A DNA stretch of 64,000 nucleotides from an uncultured delta proteobacterium (GTDB lineage: Bacteria; Desulfobacterota; RBG-13-43-22): NCBI GenBank assembly GCA_963821645.1, contig CAWGEQ010000051.1:17282-81281 (forward strand), written 5' to 3'. The position numbers and the translations under genes were made by a program. Of the stretch, positions 53,217 through 63,739 are shown piece by piece. The notes under the pieces are model-generated. The model was not told where the DNA came from. It was given only the letters and a program-made list of their open reading frames with translations, and searched no databases. How positions within the stretch are numbered: position 1 is the stretch's first letter; every line of letters begins with the position of its first letter.

Positions 53217-54674
53217 TTTCCATCGCCAAATGATAGAGCCTGACATATTCCTTGGCCGAGGTCATCCAGGAAAAATCCTGGGCCATGGCGTTTTTCATCA
53301 ATTGGGTCCATTGGGTTTGGTTTTTATAGACAGCCAGGGCCTCTTGAAGAGCGGCCCATAATTCCCCGGCCTGATAGCGCCTGAATTTAAAACCGGTCCC
53401 TTTTCCGGTCCGCGGATCAAAAGGAATGATGGTATCATCCAGGCCTCCGGTGGCCCGCACAACCGGGATAGTCCCATACTTTAGGCTGTAGATCTGATTC
53501 AGGCCGCAAGGCTCATAGAGGGAAGGCATGAGAAAGAGATCGCTCCCGGCCTCTATTTTATGGGCCAGGACATTATCAAAGGCCAGACAAATGCCGACTT
53601 TTTCGGGGTACTCCTCGGCCAAGCCGGGAAAAGAGGACATGATACTTCTCTTCCCCGGTGCCCACGACAACCAAGGAGAGGTCCTCTTTCAGGAGACGAT
53701 CCATAATCTCGGCTAATAGATCAAACCCCTTTTGATCGGCCAGACGGGAGATAATCCCTAATACCGGATGCTCCATTCGATCTTCAGGCAAATGATAGCG
53801 GTTTAATAAATCTTTTTTGCAGGCTTTTTTGCCGCTGAGGTCCTTGGGATTATAATGGGCCGCCAGAAGAGGATCGGTCTCCGGATTCCAGAGGTCATAA
53901 TCGACCCCATTGACGATGCCGAACAGATCATCCTTTCGAAAACTCAAAATCCCTTCCAGACCGGAACCATACTCGGGGGTCTGGATTTCCTGGCTGTATT
54001 TTCGACTGACCGTCGTGATGATCTGGCTGTAAACGATGCCGGCCTTGAGCAAATTGGCCTTCCCCCAAAACTCCAGACCCGAAGGAGAAAAACTTTCCCC
54101 GGGCAATCCGGCCAATTCGACAATCTCTTTGGGAAAAGACCCCTGATAGGCCATATTATGGATGGTGAAAACAGAGGCCGTCTTCCGGTAGAAGGGGGCT
54201 ATGCTCCGTTGAAAATGTACATAAGCCGGATATCAGTCCGGTCTGCCAGTCCTGACCGTGGATGATATCCGGCTGAAAGCCCAGGACACGGGCGGCCATA
54301 AGGGTCCCTTGGGAAAAATAGACAAATCGGCTGTCATTATCAAAGTAATCGCCCTTGGCGCTTCCGTACAGATTGCCCCGGTCGTAGAACTCGTCTCTTT
54401 CTATAAAGTAAACGGGGAGACCCTCCTCCAACTCTCCTTGATAAATATCGGCAGGTATTTGGCGTAGACCCAGAGGAATGGGCAGATTCTCCAAAACTTT
54501 TTTAAGCCCATGTTTCCCCTGCCGCACCGACTGATAAAGGGGCATCACCAGCCGGACATCGCAGCCCAAAGCCTTTAAGGCCTTGGGCAAGGCCCCGGCC
54601 ACATCGGCCAGACCGCCGGTCTTGGCAAAAGGGACCACTTCGGGGGAAACAAAGAGAACTTTTAGGGGTTCCAT
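53203..54674 (-). pseudogene. glgA: Glycogen synthase GlgA with two apparent +1 frameshifts (about 54226 and about 53625)
   Basis: MEPLKVLFVSPEVVPFAKTGGLADV. The switches are at DWQTGLI|PAYVHF...FTIHNMAYQG and ..GTGEEKYHVLF|..LAEEYPEKVG. PSLYEPCGLNQ is also present. Confidence 0.85.
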
Positions 54675-54705
54675 GGAAAACTTTACTAAAACTTTTCTGG
54701 ACACC

Positions 54706-54733
54706 ATAAGGGCGGGTTTAAATCCGCCCTTAT
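54706..54733. repeat. Hairpin ATAAGGGCGG-GTTTAAAT-CCGCCCTTAT (second member of the GGGCGGGTTT.AAACCCGCCC type)
   Basis: Read directly. It lies just upstream of the glgA start. Confidence 0.75.
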
Positions 54734-54841
54734 ACGGGTTTTTCATGTTCCCTGACGCCTGTCGGGCCTGAGTTTAAAAGTTCAGGCCCAGTTAAACACC
54801 GGGAAAGAAGGTTTTCGATCGAGGAAAATATTAACACAAAA

Positions 54842-56145
54842 TTATTTTAAAAACAAATTGGGGAGCCAGAGGGAGATCTGGGGAAAGAATAAAAAGATAA
54901 ACAGGCAAATATACATGCCGATGATATAGGGGTAGATCCCTTTATAGATCGTATTGATCGGCACTTTCGTCACCCCGGAGACGACGAAGACATTGATGGC
55001 CATGGGCGGGAGGATGATTCCGATCATGGTGATCACGCAGACGATGACCCCGAACCAGACCGGGTCATAGCCCAATTTTAAACCAGGGGCAAAAAGATCG
55101 GCGTGGCCAGAATGAGAAAGGCCATGTCTTCGATAAAAGACCCGCCGATGAGATAGACGACAAAGATAAGGACCATGATAATGTTCCGGTTTAAGGGAAG
55201 GCTCCCCAGAAAGTCGGCCGCCATATAAGGGGTTCGGGTGACGGCAAAGAAATGGCCCAGGATGGTGGCCCCGGCGATCAGGGTGATGACCATGCAGCCA
55301 ATGCGCAGGGTGTCCATTAATGGATTTGATAAAACTTTTCAAATTCATTTCCCTCTTGGCCAGGGTCAGGATCAGGACGGCAAAGGTGCCCACACTGCCG
55401 GCTTCGGTGGGCGTGAAGTATCCCTGCATCAGGCCGCCGACCACCAAAATAAAAATAATCAGGACCCATAAAACCGGAGGAAGGGAGGCAAATCGTTCCT
55501 TCCAGGTCGATTTTTCTCCTTTCGGTCCCAATTTGGGATTGATCTTGCACCACCCGTATAAAGTAATGACAAAAGAAAAGGCGATGATCAATCCGGGGAT
55601 GATCCCGGCCAGGAAGAGCTTGCCGATGGAGGTCTCGGTCAGGATCCCGTAAATAATCAAGGTCACGCTGGGAGGGATAAGGACCCCCAGGGTTCCTACA
55701 GTGGCCACGGTGCCGCAGGACAATCGTTTATCATAGCCGTAGCGGTCCATTTCCGGTACGGCAATGGTGGCAAAGGTGGCCGCCGTGGCCGGAGAGGAGC
55801 CGCAGATGGCCTTGAAGGCCGTGGCCGCCGCTACGGTGCCGATGGCCAGACCCCCCCGGGATATGGCCCATGAATTTATAGCCCGAATCGTATAAGCTGC
55901 GGGCGATGCCGCCGCTGGCGCCTACTTGGCCCATAAGGACAAAGAGGGGTATGACCGTAAAGCCATAAGAAGAAAAGACACTGTAAGATATCCTTGGCTA
56001 CCAGGCTTAAGGCCGCCGGGACATTGACGATCCAGGCAAAACCGATAAATCCGGCCAGGGCCATGGAAAATCCGATCTCCAGGCCCATGAGAAAAAAAAC
56101 AAAAAGAAGTATGACCGTTAAAAGGCTGATCATTTCCAGACTCAT
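54842..56145 (-). pseudogene. dctM: Second TRAP large permease (DctM) with at least 4 frame disruptions
   Basis: DctM-like segments are spread over ORFs 55876-56382 (from MSLEMISLL), 55731-55934, 54842-55750 and 55078-55317. Confidence 0.75.
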
Positions 56146-56623
56146 GCCTCCCCCTCCTTTTTTAAAAACAAATCGGTGGCCAGGACCAGACATTCGATAA
56201 AGCAACAAACCCCGATTCCATAGGCAATGGGGTATTCGGGCATTCTTAAAGTCATGGAAACTTCTCCGGTCCGTGTTAAAATCATTTCCAAGGCTCAAAA
56301 GGTTCCAGCCGATGATCAAAAAGGTAACAATGGCCAATATCCTGGCCAGAAAATGAAAAAACTTTTGTCCGCCAAAAGGCAAGCCTTTCGGTTAAAAAAT
56401 CCATCAGCACATGTCCTCTTTCAAGAGAGGTCTGGGGAATGGCAAACCCGATGACGATGGCCCCCAAGAGGGAAACAATCTCATAGGTCCCAACGATCGG
56501 TAATTTAAACTCCCTGAGAATAACATCAGCCATGGTGAGAAACACGATGCCGGCCAATGCCAGTCCGGCAATCCCGTACATTAAACGGGAAAGGGAATGA
56601 ATAATGGAGACGATTGTTTTCAT
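56146..56623 (-). pseudogene. dctQ: Second TRAP small permease (DctQ) with at least 1 frame disruption (3' boundary approximate)
   Basis: MKTIVSIIHSLSRLMYGIAGLALAGIVFLTMADVILR continues in another frame (..KFFHFLARILAIVTFLIIGW). Confidence 0.6.
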
Positions 56624-56685
56624 GCAAGGCTCCTTAAAACAATTCCCTCCCCCTTAATGAGGGGGAGGGGTAAGAAGGTCGGATG

Positions 56686-57715
56686 TTAGGGATTTTTTTT
56701 GAGCCAGTCCTGGCAGAATTTCAAGGCCTCTTCACCGGGTAATCCTTTGGCCTTCATGGCCTGGGCATATTCACCAAAAATCGGGCGGGCGGCGGCTGGC
56801 CCACCGTTCATCTTCCTGTTTGGACAAGGGGATAAATCTGGTTGCCCTTTGGCCTTGGCAAATTCCCATTCCGGCTTTATCAATTTCGTCCCAGGACTTA
56901 CCTGTTTTTTCGATCCATTCTTCATTGACCTTTTGAATCGTAGTCTGGATGTCTTTGGGCAGGGCGTTCCATTTCTGTTTGTTCATGACCACAAAAAAGG
57001 CCATGGAATAGGCGGACCCATAATTCAGGGTGGTATATTTGGTGACTTCGGCAAATTTCCAGCCTTTTAAGGTTTCAACCGGAGACATCAGGCCGTCCAC
57101 CACCCCTTTCTGCATGGCATCATAGGTCTCGGTCTGGGGCATGGCTACCGGTGCGGCCCCCCAATGGGCGACCAGCTTGGCAGTGGTCCCGGTGCAGCGG
57201 ATTTTCATCCCTTTCAGTTCCTCCAGCTTGGTTATCTTTTTATCCTTGGTGTTAAGATGCCCGGACCATGGCCATGAAGATACATGACCTTAACATCATC
57301 CAATTCTTTGGGCTGAAACTTCTTATAAAAGAGCATTGCACAACCGGGTAGCCTGATAGGCCTGATCTTATATCCCAGGGGCATGTCGATGACTTCCATC
57401 AAGGGGAAAGCGTCCGGCAGTATAACTGAGAACCGACATGCCGATGTCCGAAATCCCTTTAACAACGCCATCGTAGCATTGGTTGGCGGGCGTCAAGGTG
57501 GCACCGGGAAACATGGTGATCTTTACCGCCCCATTGGTCCGTTTTTCAATCTCTTTGGCCCATTCTGTGGCCAGAATGGTGTGGGTGTGGGTGGCGGGGA
57601 AGAAAATCGAATAGGTAAGGGTAACGCTCTTGGTCTGGGAATGACCGACTCCGGTCAGAAGAAAGGAAAGGATGAAAAAACTTCCGATAAAAAAAATTAA
57701 CCCTTTTTTAAACAT
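56686..57715 (-). pseudogene. dctP: Second TRAP substrate-binding protein (DctP family) with at least 3 frame disruptions
   Basis: It has a signal peptide plus [15 protein letters not shown].. Further pieces lie in ORFs 57232-57471, 56771-57208 and 56686-56925. Confidence 0.75.
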
Positions 57716-57962
57716 GATCGACCTCCTTGTGATAGTTTTTCAACTGAATAAGTTTGAACCTACCGTTTCATCCGAATGTCTCATGCGTTAAACTTGCTCT
57801 CACCTCCCTTTCTTATTATGGGTACTTATAACGATCAAAATGCAAATCGGTTTCATTTATGAATGGCCTTCATTTGGTTATATTGTAATTATAATATAGT
57901 TATTTTTCGGGAGTATAATTTTTGCAGAGGAAAATTGTCAAGGGGAAAAATTTCCATAAAGA

Positions 57963-58148
57963 TTAGGCCCCATCCCTCAGGTCGCTGAAGTTGATTTCCA
58001 ACATCTTAGCACTGGCCAAAATCCGCTGGGCGTTGCAATCCACGGCCTGGATCCCCCCTGATAAATTTTTCAATTCTAAAGCGGCCCTTTTGATGAGCTG
58101 GATCTGCTCATCGATTTTTTTGAGGTCCTCGAGTTCCTGTTGATTCAT
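57963..58148 (-). CDS. Hypothetical small coiled-coil protein (61 aa)
   Basis: The ORF sits directly downstream of the PaaK-family gene. I recognise no family. Confidence 0.35.
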   Translation of the reverse strand: MNQQELEDLKKIDEQIQLIKRAALELKNLSGGIQAVDCNAQRILASAKMLEINFSDLRDGA

Positions 58149-58246
58149 GGGTGTCCCCCCTGCTTCTTTTCTTTTGAAGTATCAGACGGTTTATGCTTTT
58201 TTCATCCAGTATCCAGCATCCAGTATCTATTATAATATCTGTTTTT

Positions 58247-59588
58247 TTACTTTCGCAAATCCTTAAACCTCCTGGCCTTGCCTTCAGGGCGAGGCAGGCT
58301 TTGGAAAGGATGAAATTCAATCAGATAATTTAAGTTGGTCTGGAGCCTCAATCGGTCTTTCAAACGGGCCAGGATTTCTTTTTGATTCCCTTCCTGGCCG
58401 GGCTGGGTTTCCACCTTCAGGGATATCTCGTCCGTATCCCCTTTTTTGGTGACGATGACTTCGTACTCGTCTCCCAATTCGGTAAAACCGCGGACCACTT
58501 CCTCAATGGCCGAGGGAGATAGCAGGACCCCCTTGACCTTGGTGATGTCATCGGCCCGCCCGGAAACCCCGCCTTTGAATAATCGGAAGGTCCGCCCGCA
58601 GGCACAGGGGGTGTCGGCCCATTCCACCACATCCTTGGAATCGAAGCGGATGCAGGGCTGGGCCAGACGATCCAGGGCCGTGATGACCATTTTTCCTTTT
58701 TGACCCGGCTCGGTAATGGGTTTCCCGGTGATCAAATCCTCCACTTCCACCAGGAAAAGGGCTTCATTAATATGAATCCCTGATTGTTCCTGACATTCGT
58801 ATCCCCAGGCCCCTATTTCAGTGGCCCCCACATGATCGAAGACCTTGGCCCCCCAGGCCTCTTCCATCCGTTTCCGGGTGCTGGGGATACTGGCCCCGGG
58901 TTCACCGGCGCAAACAATCTTTCGGATGTTCAAGTCCTTGGCCGGGTCGATGTTCAAACGGTTTTTGGCCGTATCGGCCATGGTCAATACATAGCTCGGA
59001 GTGGCCATCATGGCCGTGGCTTGAAGTTCCTGGATCTTGAGGATCCGGGCGGCCGTGTCCAGGACCCCTCCGGGGACCACCTCACAACCCATTTTTTCCG
59101 CCCCATAGTGGGCCGCCCAGAAGGCCACAAAGACATTATACCCAAAGGGAAGGAAGACCCGGTCGGTCTTTCGAAACCCCTGGGCATAGAGGATATAGGC
59201 CCAGGACTCGGACCACCACTCCCAGTCCTGCCAGGTATCCGGTTGATACACCGGTTGACCGGTGGTGCCGCTGGTCTGCCGAAATTCGACCACCTCTTCC
59301 AGGGGAACGCAGAGGGCCTCCCCGTAAGGGAAAGGGGTCTTTGCGCTGGATGGAGCGCATCATGGACTTCTCCACCCTGGGGACTTTTTGAATATCCTCA
59401 TAGGTCTTTATATCTCCCGGTTCCAGCCCGGCTTCCTGATAAAGACGGCGATGGAACTTCGACCGCTCGTAGGCCCATTCGAAAATCTTTTTAAACTTTC
59501 GAAGCTGAAGGGCCCGCAAGTGCTCCCGGGGAAGGCGCTCCATCAAGGGGTTCCAATATTTTTTTGCTTCTGCTTCTAAAAGTGCCAT
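58247..59588 (-). pseudogene. Phenylacetate-CoA ligase (PaaK/F390-synthetase) family adenylating enzyme with one apparent +1 frameshift near 59326
   Basis: The switch is at ..SIQRKDPFP|YGEALCVPLEEVVEFRQTSGTTGQPV. The C-terminal half is intact. Confidence 0.85.
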
Positions 59589-59746
59589 GGTGACCTCTAT
59601 CGGATTCGATCAAATTTTCTTGTTTCATCTAATGAAACAAGTAGTTCGTTGAATGAATCCTATCATCATTTCCCCCGATCCTGTCAAGCAAAAAAACAGG
59701 GATGGGGAAAAATAAAACTTCTTGCCGGCCCGGACCGCAAATTCCT

Positions 59747-60547
59747 TCATAGGGCCTGCTTCTTTTCGAGGTAGCCTATTTCCCTGGAAATATTCAGGCC
59801 TGTTTTCAGGGCCTCTTTTATGATCCGTTTCAATTCCCTGGCATCCACCGAGGAAGAGATGAAACAAACCGCTAAACTGGCGACCACCTTTCCCCTAAAA
59901 TCACGAATCGGGACGGCCACCCCGGTAATGCCTTCGAAGGTCCTCTCCACATCGACGGCAAATCCCTCCTCCCGCACCCGACCGAGCCATTTTTTAAATT
60001 CCTCTTTTTTGGTAAATGATTTTTTAGTGGTGGCCCTGAGCGGATTTTTCTCCAATAGATGTTCTACTTCGGAGTCGGACAAATGGGCCATGAGCATGGG
60101 GCCCAACATGCCCCAATACGGAGGACGGCGGGTGCCGATCTTCGAGGTAAAGGTGATCGGGTTGCGTGAATCCTCTCTCTTGTCGATGTAGATCAATTGC
60201 CCCTGCTCCAGGATGGCCAGGAATAATGTTTTACCCAGCTTCTGATGCAATTGGTCTAAAAAGGGAGAGGCCGTTTTTCTCAGGGAGAAAGAATGAAAGA
60301 CAATACTCCCCAACTCGAACAATCGGAGCCCCAGAGAATATTCCTTGGAGGCATGATCCTGATTAAGAAAGCCGTACGTCACCAACGTCGAACACAGTCG
60401 TAAAACCGTAGCCCTGGAGAGATTGAGGATCTCCGCCAGTTGACTCAGGGTAAGCCCTTTCCTCTCACCGGTAAAGGCATTCAGGATTTGTAAGGCCCTT
60501 TCCAACGAACGATTATAAAAAGCTTCATTTTTATCCCCTGGCATCAA
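59747..60547 (-). CDS. IclR-family transcriptional regulator
   Basis: An N-terminal wHTH (SLERALQILNAF...LTLSQLAEILNLSRATVLRL) plus an IclR effector domain. Confidence 0.9.
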   Translation of the reverse strand: MMPGDKNEAFYNRSLERALQILNAFTGERKGLTLSQLAEILNLSRATVLRLCSTLVTYGFLNQDHASKEYSLGLRLFELGSIVFHSFSLRKTASPFLDQLHQKLGKTLFLAILEQGQLIYIDKREDSRNPITFTSKIGTRRPPYWGMLGPMLMAHLSDSEVEHLLEKNPLRATTKKSFTKKEEFKKWLGRVREEGFAVDVERTFEGITGVAVPIRDFRGKVVASLAVCFISSSVDARELKRIIKEALKTGLNISREIGYLEKKQAL

Positions 60548-60903
60548 TATTCACCTGATGAAATTATTTTTCCCAGGGTAATAACAGAAAGCTCTCTTTG
60601 TCAACCGGAATATTCTGATGAAGAACATTCAACCCTCGCTGGAGGCGGAGTGGTTACTCGTCACTCCGGTTAAGCGATTCCCGGTATGATAGTCCCACCT
60701 GAAGGGAAAATGACCACATCCGCCTCGGGAGTCTTTTGGACGGCAGCCTCAATGGCCTTCTGAAATTTTAAGTCTTTAAAATTACCAGACCCCCTTTTTT
60801 CCCTTGACCCCGCTCTCTTTTCTATTTTATACAAATAAAATAGAAAATTTACCTATTTGCCGCCAGCATCAATAACCGGTAAACCCTTTTAAAGGAATAA
60901 ATA

Positions 60904-61344
60904 GTGAAACTTTCCACAAAGATTCGATATGGCGTCAGGTCGCTTTGCGATATGGTCACAAACGTAACCGGCTCCCCGGCACAAATAAAGGATATTTCTA
61001 AAAGACAATCAATATCAGCAAGGTATATTGAACAAATATTTCAAAAACTAAAAAAGGCCGGGCTTATCAAAAGCGTTCGGGGTAGGTCGGGCGGATATCT
61101 CCTTACCCAAAACCCCAACGAAATTAGTGTGGGGGATGTAATCAGGGCCATTGAGGGGAAAGACATACAACTGGTCGCTTGTTTTAATAAGAATAAAGGG
61201 GCGATAAAAGCCTGCGAAAGATTAGGAAACTGTGCAGCTTCCCAGGTATGGGAAGAGGCCTCAAAACGGTTAACGGATTACTTTGATTCGGTTACCATTA
61301 AACAAATTTGCGAAGAGCAGACAAAACAGAAAAGAGAAACTTAG
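60904..61344 (+). CDS. Rrf2-family transcriptional regulator
   Basis: MKLSTKIRYGVRSLCDM...ISARYIEQIFQKLKKAGLIKSVRGRSGGY. The start codon is GTG. Confidence 0.9.
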   Translation: MKLSTKIRYGVRSLCDMVTNVTGSPAQIKDISKRQSISARYIEQIFQKLKKAGLIKSVRGRSGGYLLTQNPNEISVGDVIRAIEGKDIQLVACFNKNKGAIKACERLGNCAASQVWEEASKRLTDYFDSVTIKQICEEQTKQKRET

Positions 61345-61562
61345 AAATTCCCTCCTTTAAAATCCTTCAAAACCCGCCCGCCCGTCTCCCTCTTTTGTCT
61401 TCTCCTTTCAATAGTCTTTTTCTTTTCTGGAAGGAAATCGTATGAGTTAAACTACGCCTTTATCTCCATTTTGTAGGTAAAACCCTTCAACCGATAAAAC
61501 CACCAAGCATTTCTATTAAAAATAATCATTATATTTCAATAAGATATATATAGAGTACCCGT

Positions 61563-61578
61563 TGGTACACCCTTTGCT
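61563..61578 (+). promoter_or_regulatory. Candidate sigma54 promoter (TGGTAC-N5-TTGC)
   Basis: TGGTACACCCTTTGCT matches the TGGCAC-N5-TTGC spacing exactly. It lies 180 nt upstream of the receiver gene. Confidence 0.5.
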
Positions 61579-61596
61579 TTACTATTCAATAGGTAT

Positions 61597-61746
61597 TCAT
61601 CGTTGATGGACTCGTAAAAAGCCCATCATCTGGCCTTTTCCATCATTCCGGCAAATGCCGGAATCCAGGGAATTCAACAGCTTCTGGACCCCGGCTTTCG
61701 CCGGAGTGACGACCAAAGTGACTTTTTACGAGGTTGTCACCAATGA
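61597..61746. repeat. MITE-like element with ~25-bp terminal inverted repeats (..GGACTCGTAAAAAG / CTTTTTACGAGGTTGTC..) and internal hairpins
   Basis: The internal hairpins are TTCCGGCAAATGCCGGAATCCAG and CCCCGGCTTTCGCCGGAG. They are related in style to 45579-45675. Confidence 0.65.
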
Positions 61747-61758
61747 AGGGAGAAAAAA

Positions 61759-62118
61759 ATGAAGGTATTAATCGTTGATGATAATCAATCGGTGGCCTCT
61801 GTTGTCCAGATTATGCTGGAAATCGAAGGTTATGAAGTAAAATCAGCACTAAATGGACCCGAAGGGTATTTGGCCTATCTGCAGTTCCTGCCGGACCTGG
61901 TGATCACGGATATTCAAATGCCCGGAGAAAATGGCTTCGAGCTGATGAATCACATCAGGGAGAAAGATCCAAAGGCAAAGACGATTTATATGAGCGGTAA
62001 CCTGGAACAGTTTTATCCCCTCCTTGAGGAAGAAAAGAGCAAGTACCAGATCAACTTCCTGGACAAACCCTTTTCCAGGGAAGAACTGATGGGGCAGGTT
62101 TCTCATTTCTTATCTTGA
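61759..62118 (+). CDS. Stand-alone response-regulator receiver (CheY-like)
   Basis: MKVLIVDDN...DLVITDIQMPGENGFEL... Confidence 0.9.
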   Translation: MKVLIVDDNQSVASVVQIMLEIEGYEVKSALNGPEGYLAYLQFLPDLVITDIQMPGENGFELMNHIREKDPKAKTIYMSGNLEQFYPLLEEEKSKYQINFLDKPFSREELMGQVSHFLS

Positions 62119-62259
62119 GAAGATGGTTATGGGATGTAAGGAGTTGAGGTGTTAGGGGGTTTCCCACTGCGGAGTGCATCCCGTGATCTTAGGATTAGAG
62201 TCCGCCATGGGGACAGTATTTTGAGGAATCCCGACCTATCAAATTCTAAGGAGGAAAAA

Positions 62260-62547
62260 ATGAAAAAGCTAATAAAGATCTTACACATCAATCCAAGTTG
62301 GCAAGTAATTTATATCCTTATTCGTGACAGAGTTCTTATTAAATCTAAGGTCCCCTTAGAAAAGGCAATTTCGATGTTGAAGAATGAAAAATTTGACTTG
62401 ATCGTCTCGGAACCCCAAAAAATAGCCATATTAGATCGTCCGACAGCGTTAGGAAAAAAGATTCCCCATGGATGGCCTTTGCGGGGAAAGGGAAATAAAA
62501 TTACAGAAAAAATAGCCGAATTTCAACCCGGGATGTGTTATGGCTGA
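62260..62547 (+). CDS. Hypothetical protein (95 aa), possibly a degenerate receiver-like fold
   Basis: ATG at 62260 has AAGGAGG upstream. It reads MKKLIKILHINPSWQ...KFDLIVSEP. No phospho-acceptor Asp context is evident. Confidence 0.35.
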   Translation: MKKLIKILHINPSWQVIYILIRDRVLIKSKVPLEKAISMLKNEKFDLIVSEPQKIAILDRPTALGKKIPHGWPLRGKGNKITEKIAEFQPGMCYG

Positions 62548-62724
62548 AACTCCATTAAACATCAACTCTAACACTACTTACTCTCTCAGACATGAAGATC
62601 GTCCTGCCGGGAATGAATCTGAGTAATCAGATTCATTCCGGAGAAATTAATGCTTCGATTATCGGGAAGGATTCATTCGGCTCAAGTCGGCATTTCGCTA
62701 ACATCAATCCCTTATTCCTGGCCC

Positions 62725-63739
62725 TTATTCCTGGACGCTCTTCCAGGTTTCATCCGGATCAAAGGCCATTATGGTCCGGGCCGCTTCTCTGGTTTTTTTG
62801 CCAAGGTCCTTTTGAAAAACGACCCCATTCTGATTGACCATAAAGGTCATGACGCCGGAAGAGCCATACTTCGCCGGGTAGGCGATAAGGGCGAATCCCC
62901 CGATCATCCTGCCCTCGACCACATAATCACGGGCACCCGCCGGATGCGTTCTTACCCTGGGCCTTGAGAATCCTGTAAACGTACCCATGGTAAGGCGTAG
63001 GTTGATCCCCCAATGGTTCCCCGCCGTATCCCCCTTCCCGCGCAGCGGCAAATAAAGGCCCCATGGGGCTTTGCTCCTGCCCTTCGCCGGCCTCCCAATA
63101 GAGGCCGTCCTGCTTACCGGGCGTACTGGCAAATTCTTGGGCGTACTCCAGCAGGGCCTTCCCCTGACGGGCCTTTCTCATGGCATATTCCTTCTGGGCG
63201 TCCACATAGGCCAGGCACACCTGAATGGCGTTCAGCTCATTCCTGCCTACCCGGCGCGCCAATATCTCCTGCCTGCCCGCTTTGGTATCGAACCTCCAGC
63301 CCTTCTCGGTTTTCACTAAAGGAATGGGAAAAGGCCAATCGTCATTCCCCAAGCGGAGCTGGGCCTTGCCGGAGGCCTCTTCCAGCCGGTTCTTCTCTTC
63401 ATAATGCTTGACGAACCGATCACGTCCCTCTTTATCCTGCACCGGATCTCCGGACAGGACAAGAGCCTTGCCTCCGGGTCCGAAAATCTTCAGCAGCAAT
63501 TGGGTATTACCGGCCTTGACCGCCTCAGCCATGGCCTTGACCGCCTCCTCCGGTGTCGAATAGCTCTTCTGGTGTCGAGGTTTGGCATAAACGCTGCCGG
63601 CGGCCAAAACAACGGCCAAAACAGCCGCTACAACAAAGAGCCCCTTACTTCTGACCAGTCCTATTTCCTTGTTACGATTGGATTGCAACATCACTCTATC
63701 CTCCATAGGGAATTGGTGTCCCGACATTTGAGTATTCAC
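62725..63739 (-). pseudogene. DUF2950-family secreted protein with one apparent +1 frameshift near 62940
   Basis: The switch is at ..YHGYVYRILKAQGKNA|..GARDYVVEGRMIGGFALIAYPAKYGSSGVMTFMVNQNGVVFQKDLG. Confidence 0.8.

Noticed and set aside
54675-54746. N-terminal extension of glgA (MKNPYKGGFKPALMVSRKVLVKFS) and similar extensions at 53084-53164, 18167-18205 and 41269-41301.
   Set aside because: The extensions are translations of hairpin or heptamer repeats, or of the upstream leader. Conserved protein N-termini with good Shine-Dalgarno sites start downstream.
60650-60800. Minus-strand open frame ..GNFKDLKFQKAIEAAVQKTPEADVVIFPSGGTIIPGIA*, possibly a gene remnant.
   Set aside because: It is under 60 codons, I could not identify a start or a family, and it may be a relic. 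The support is too weak to annotate.
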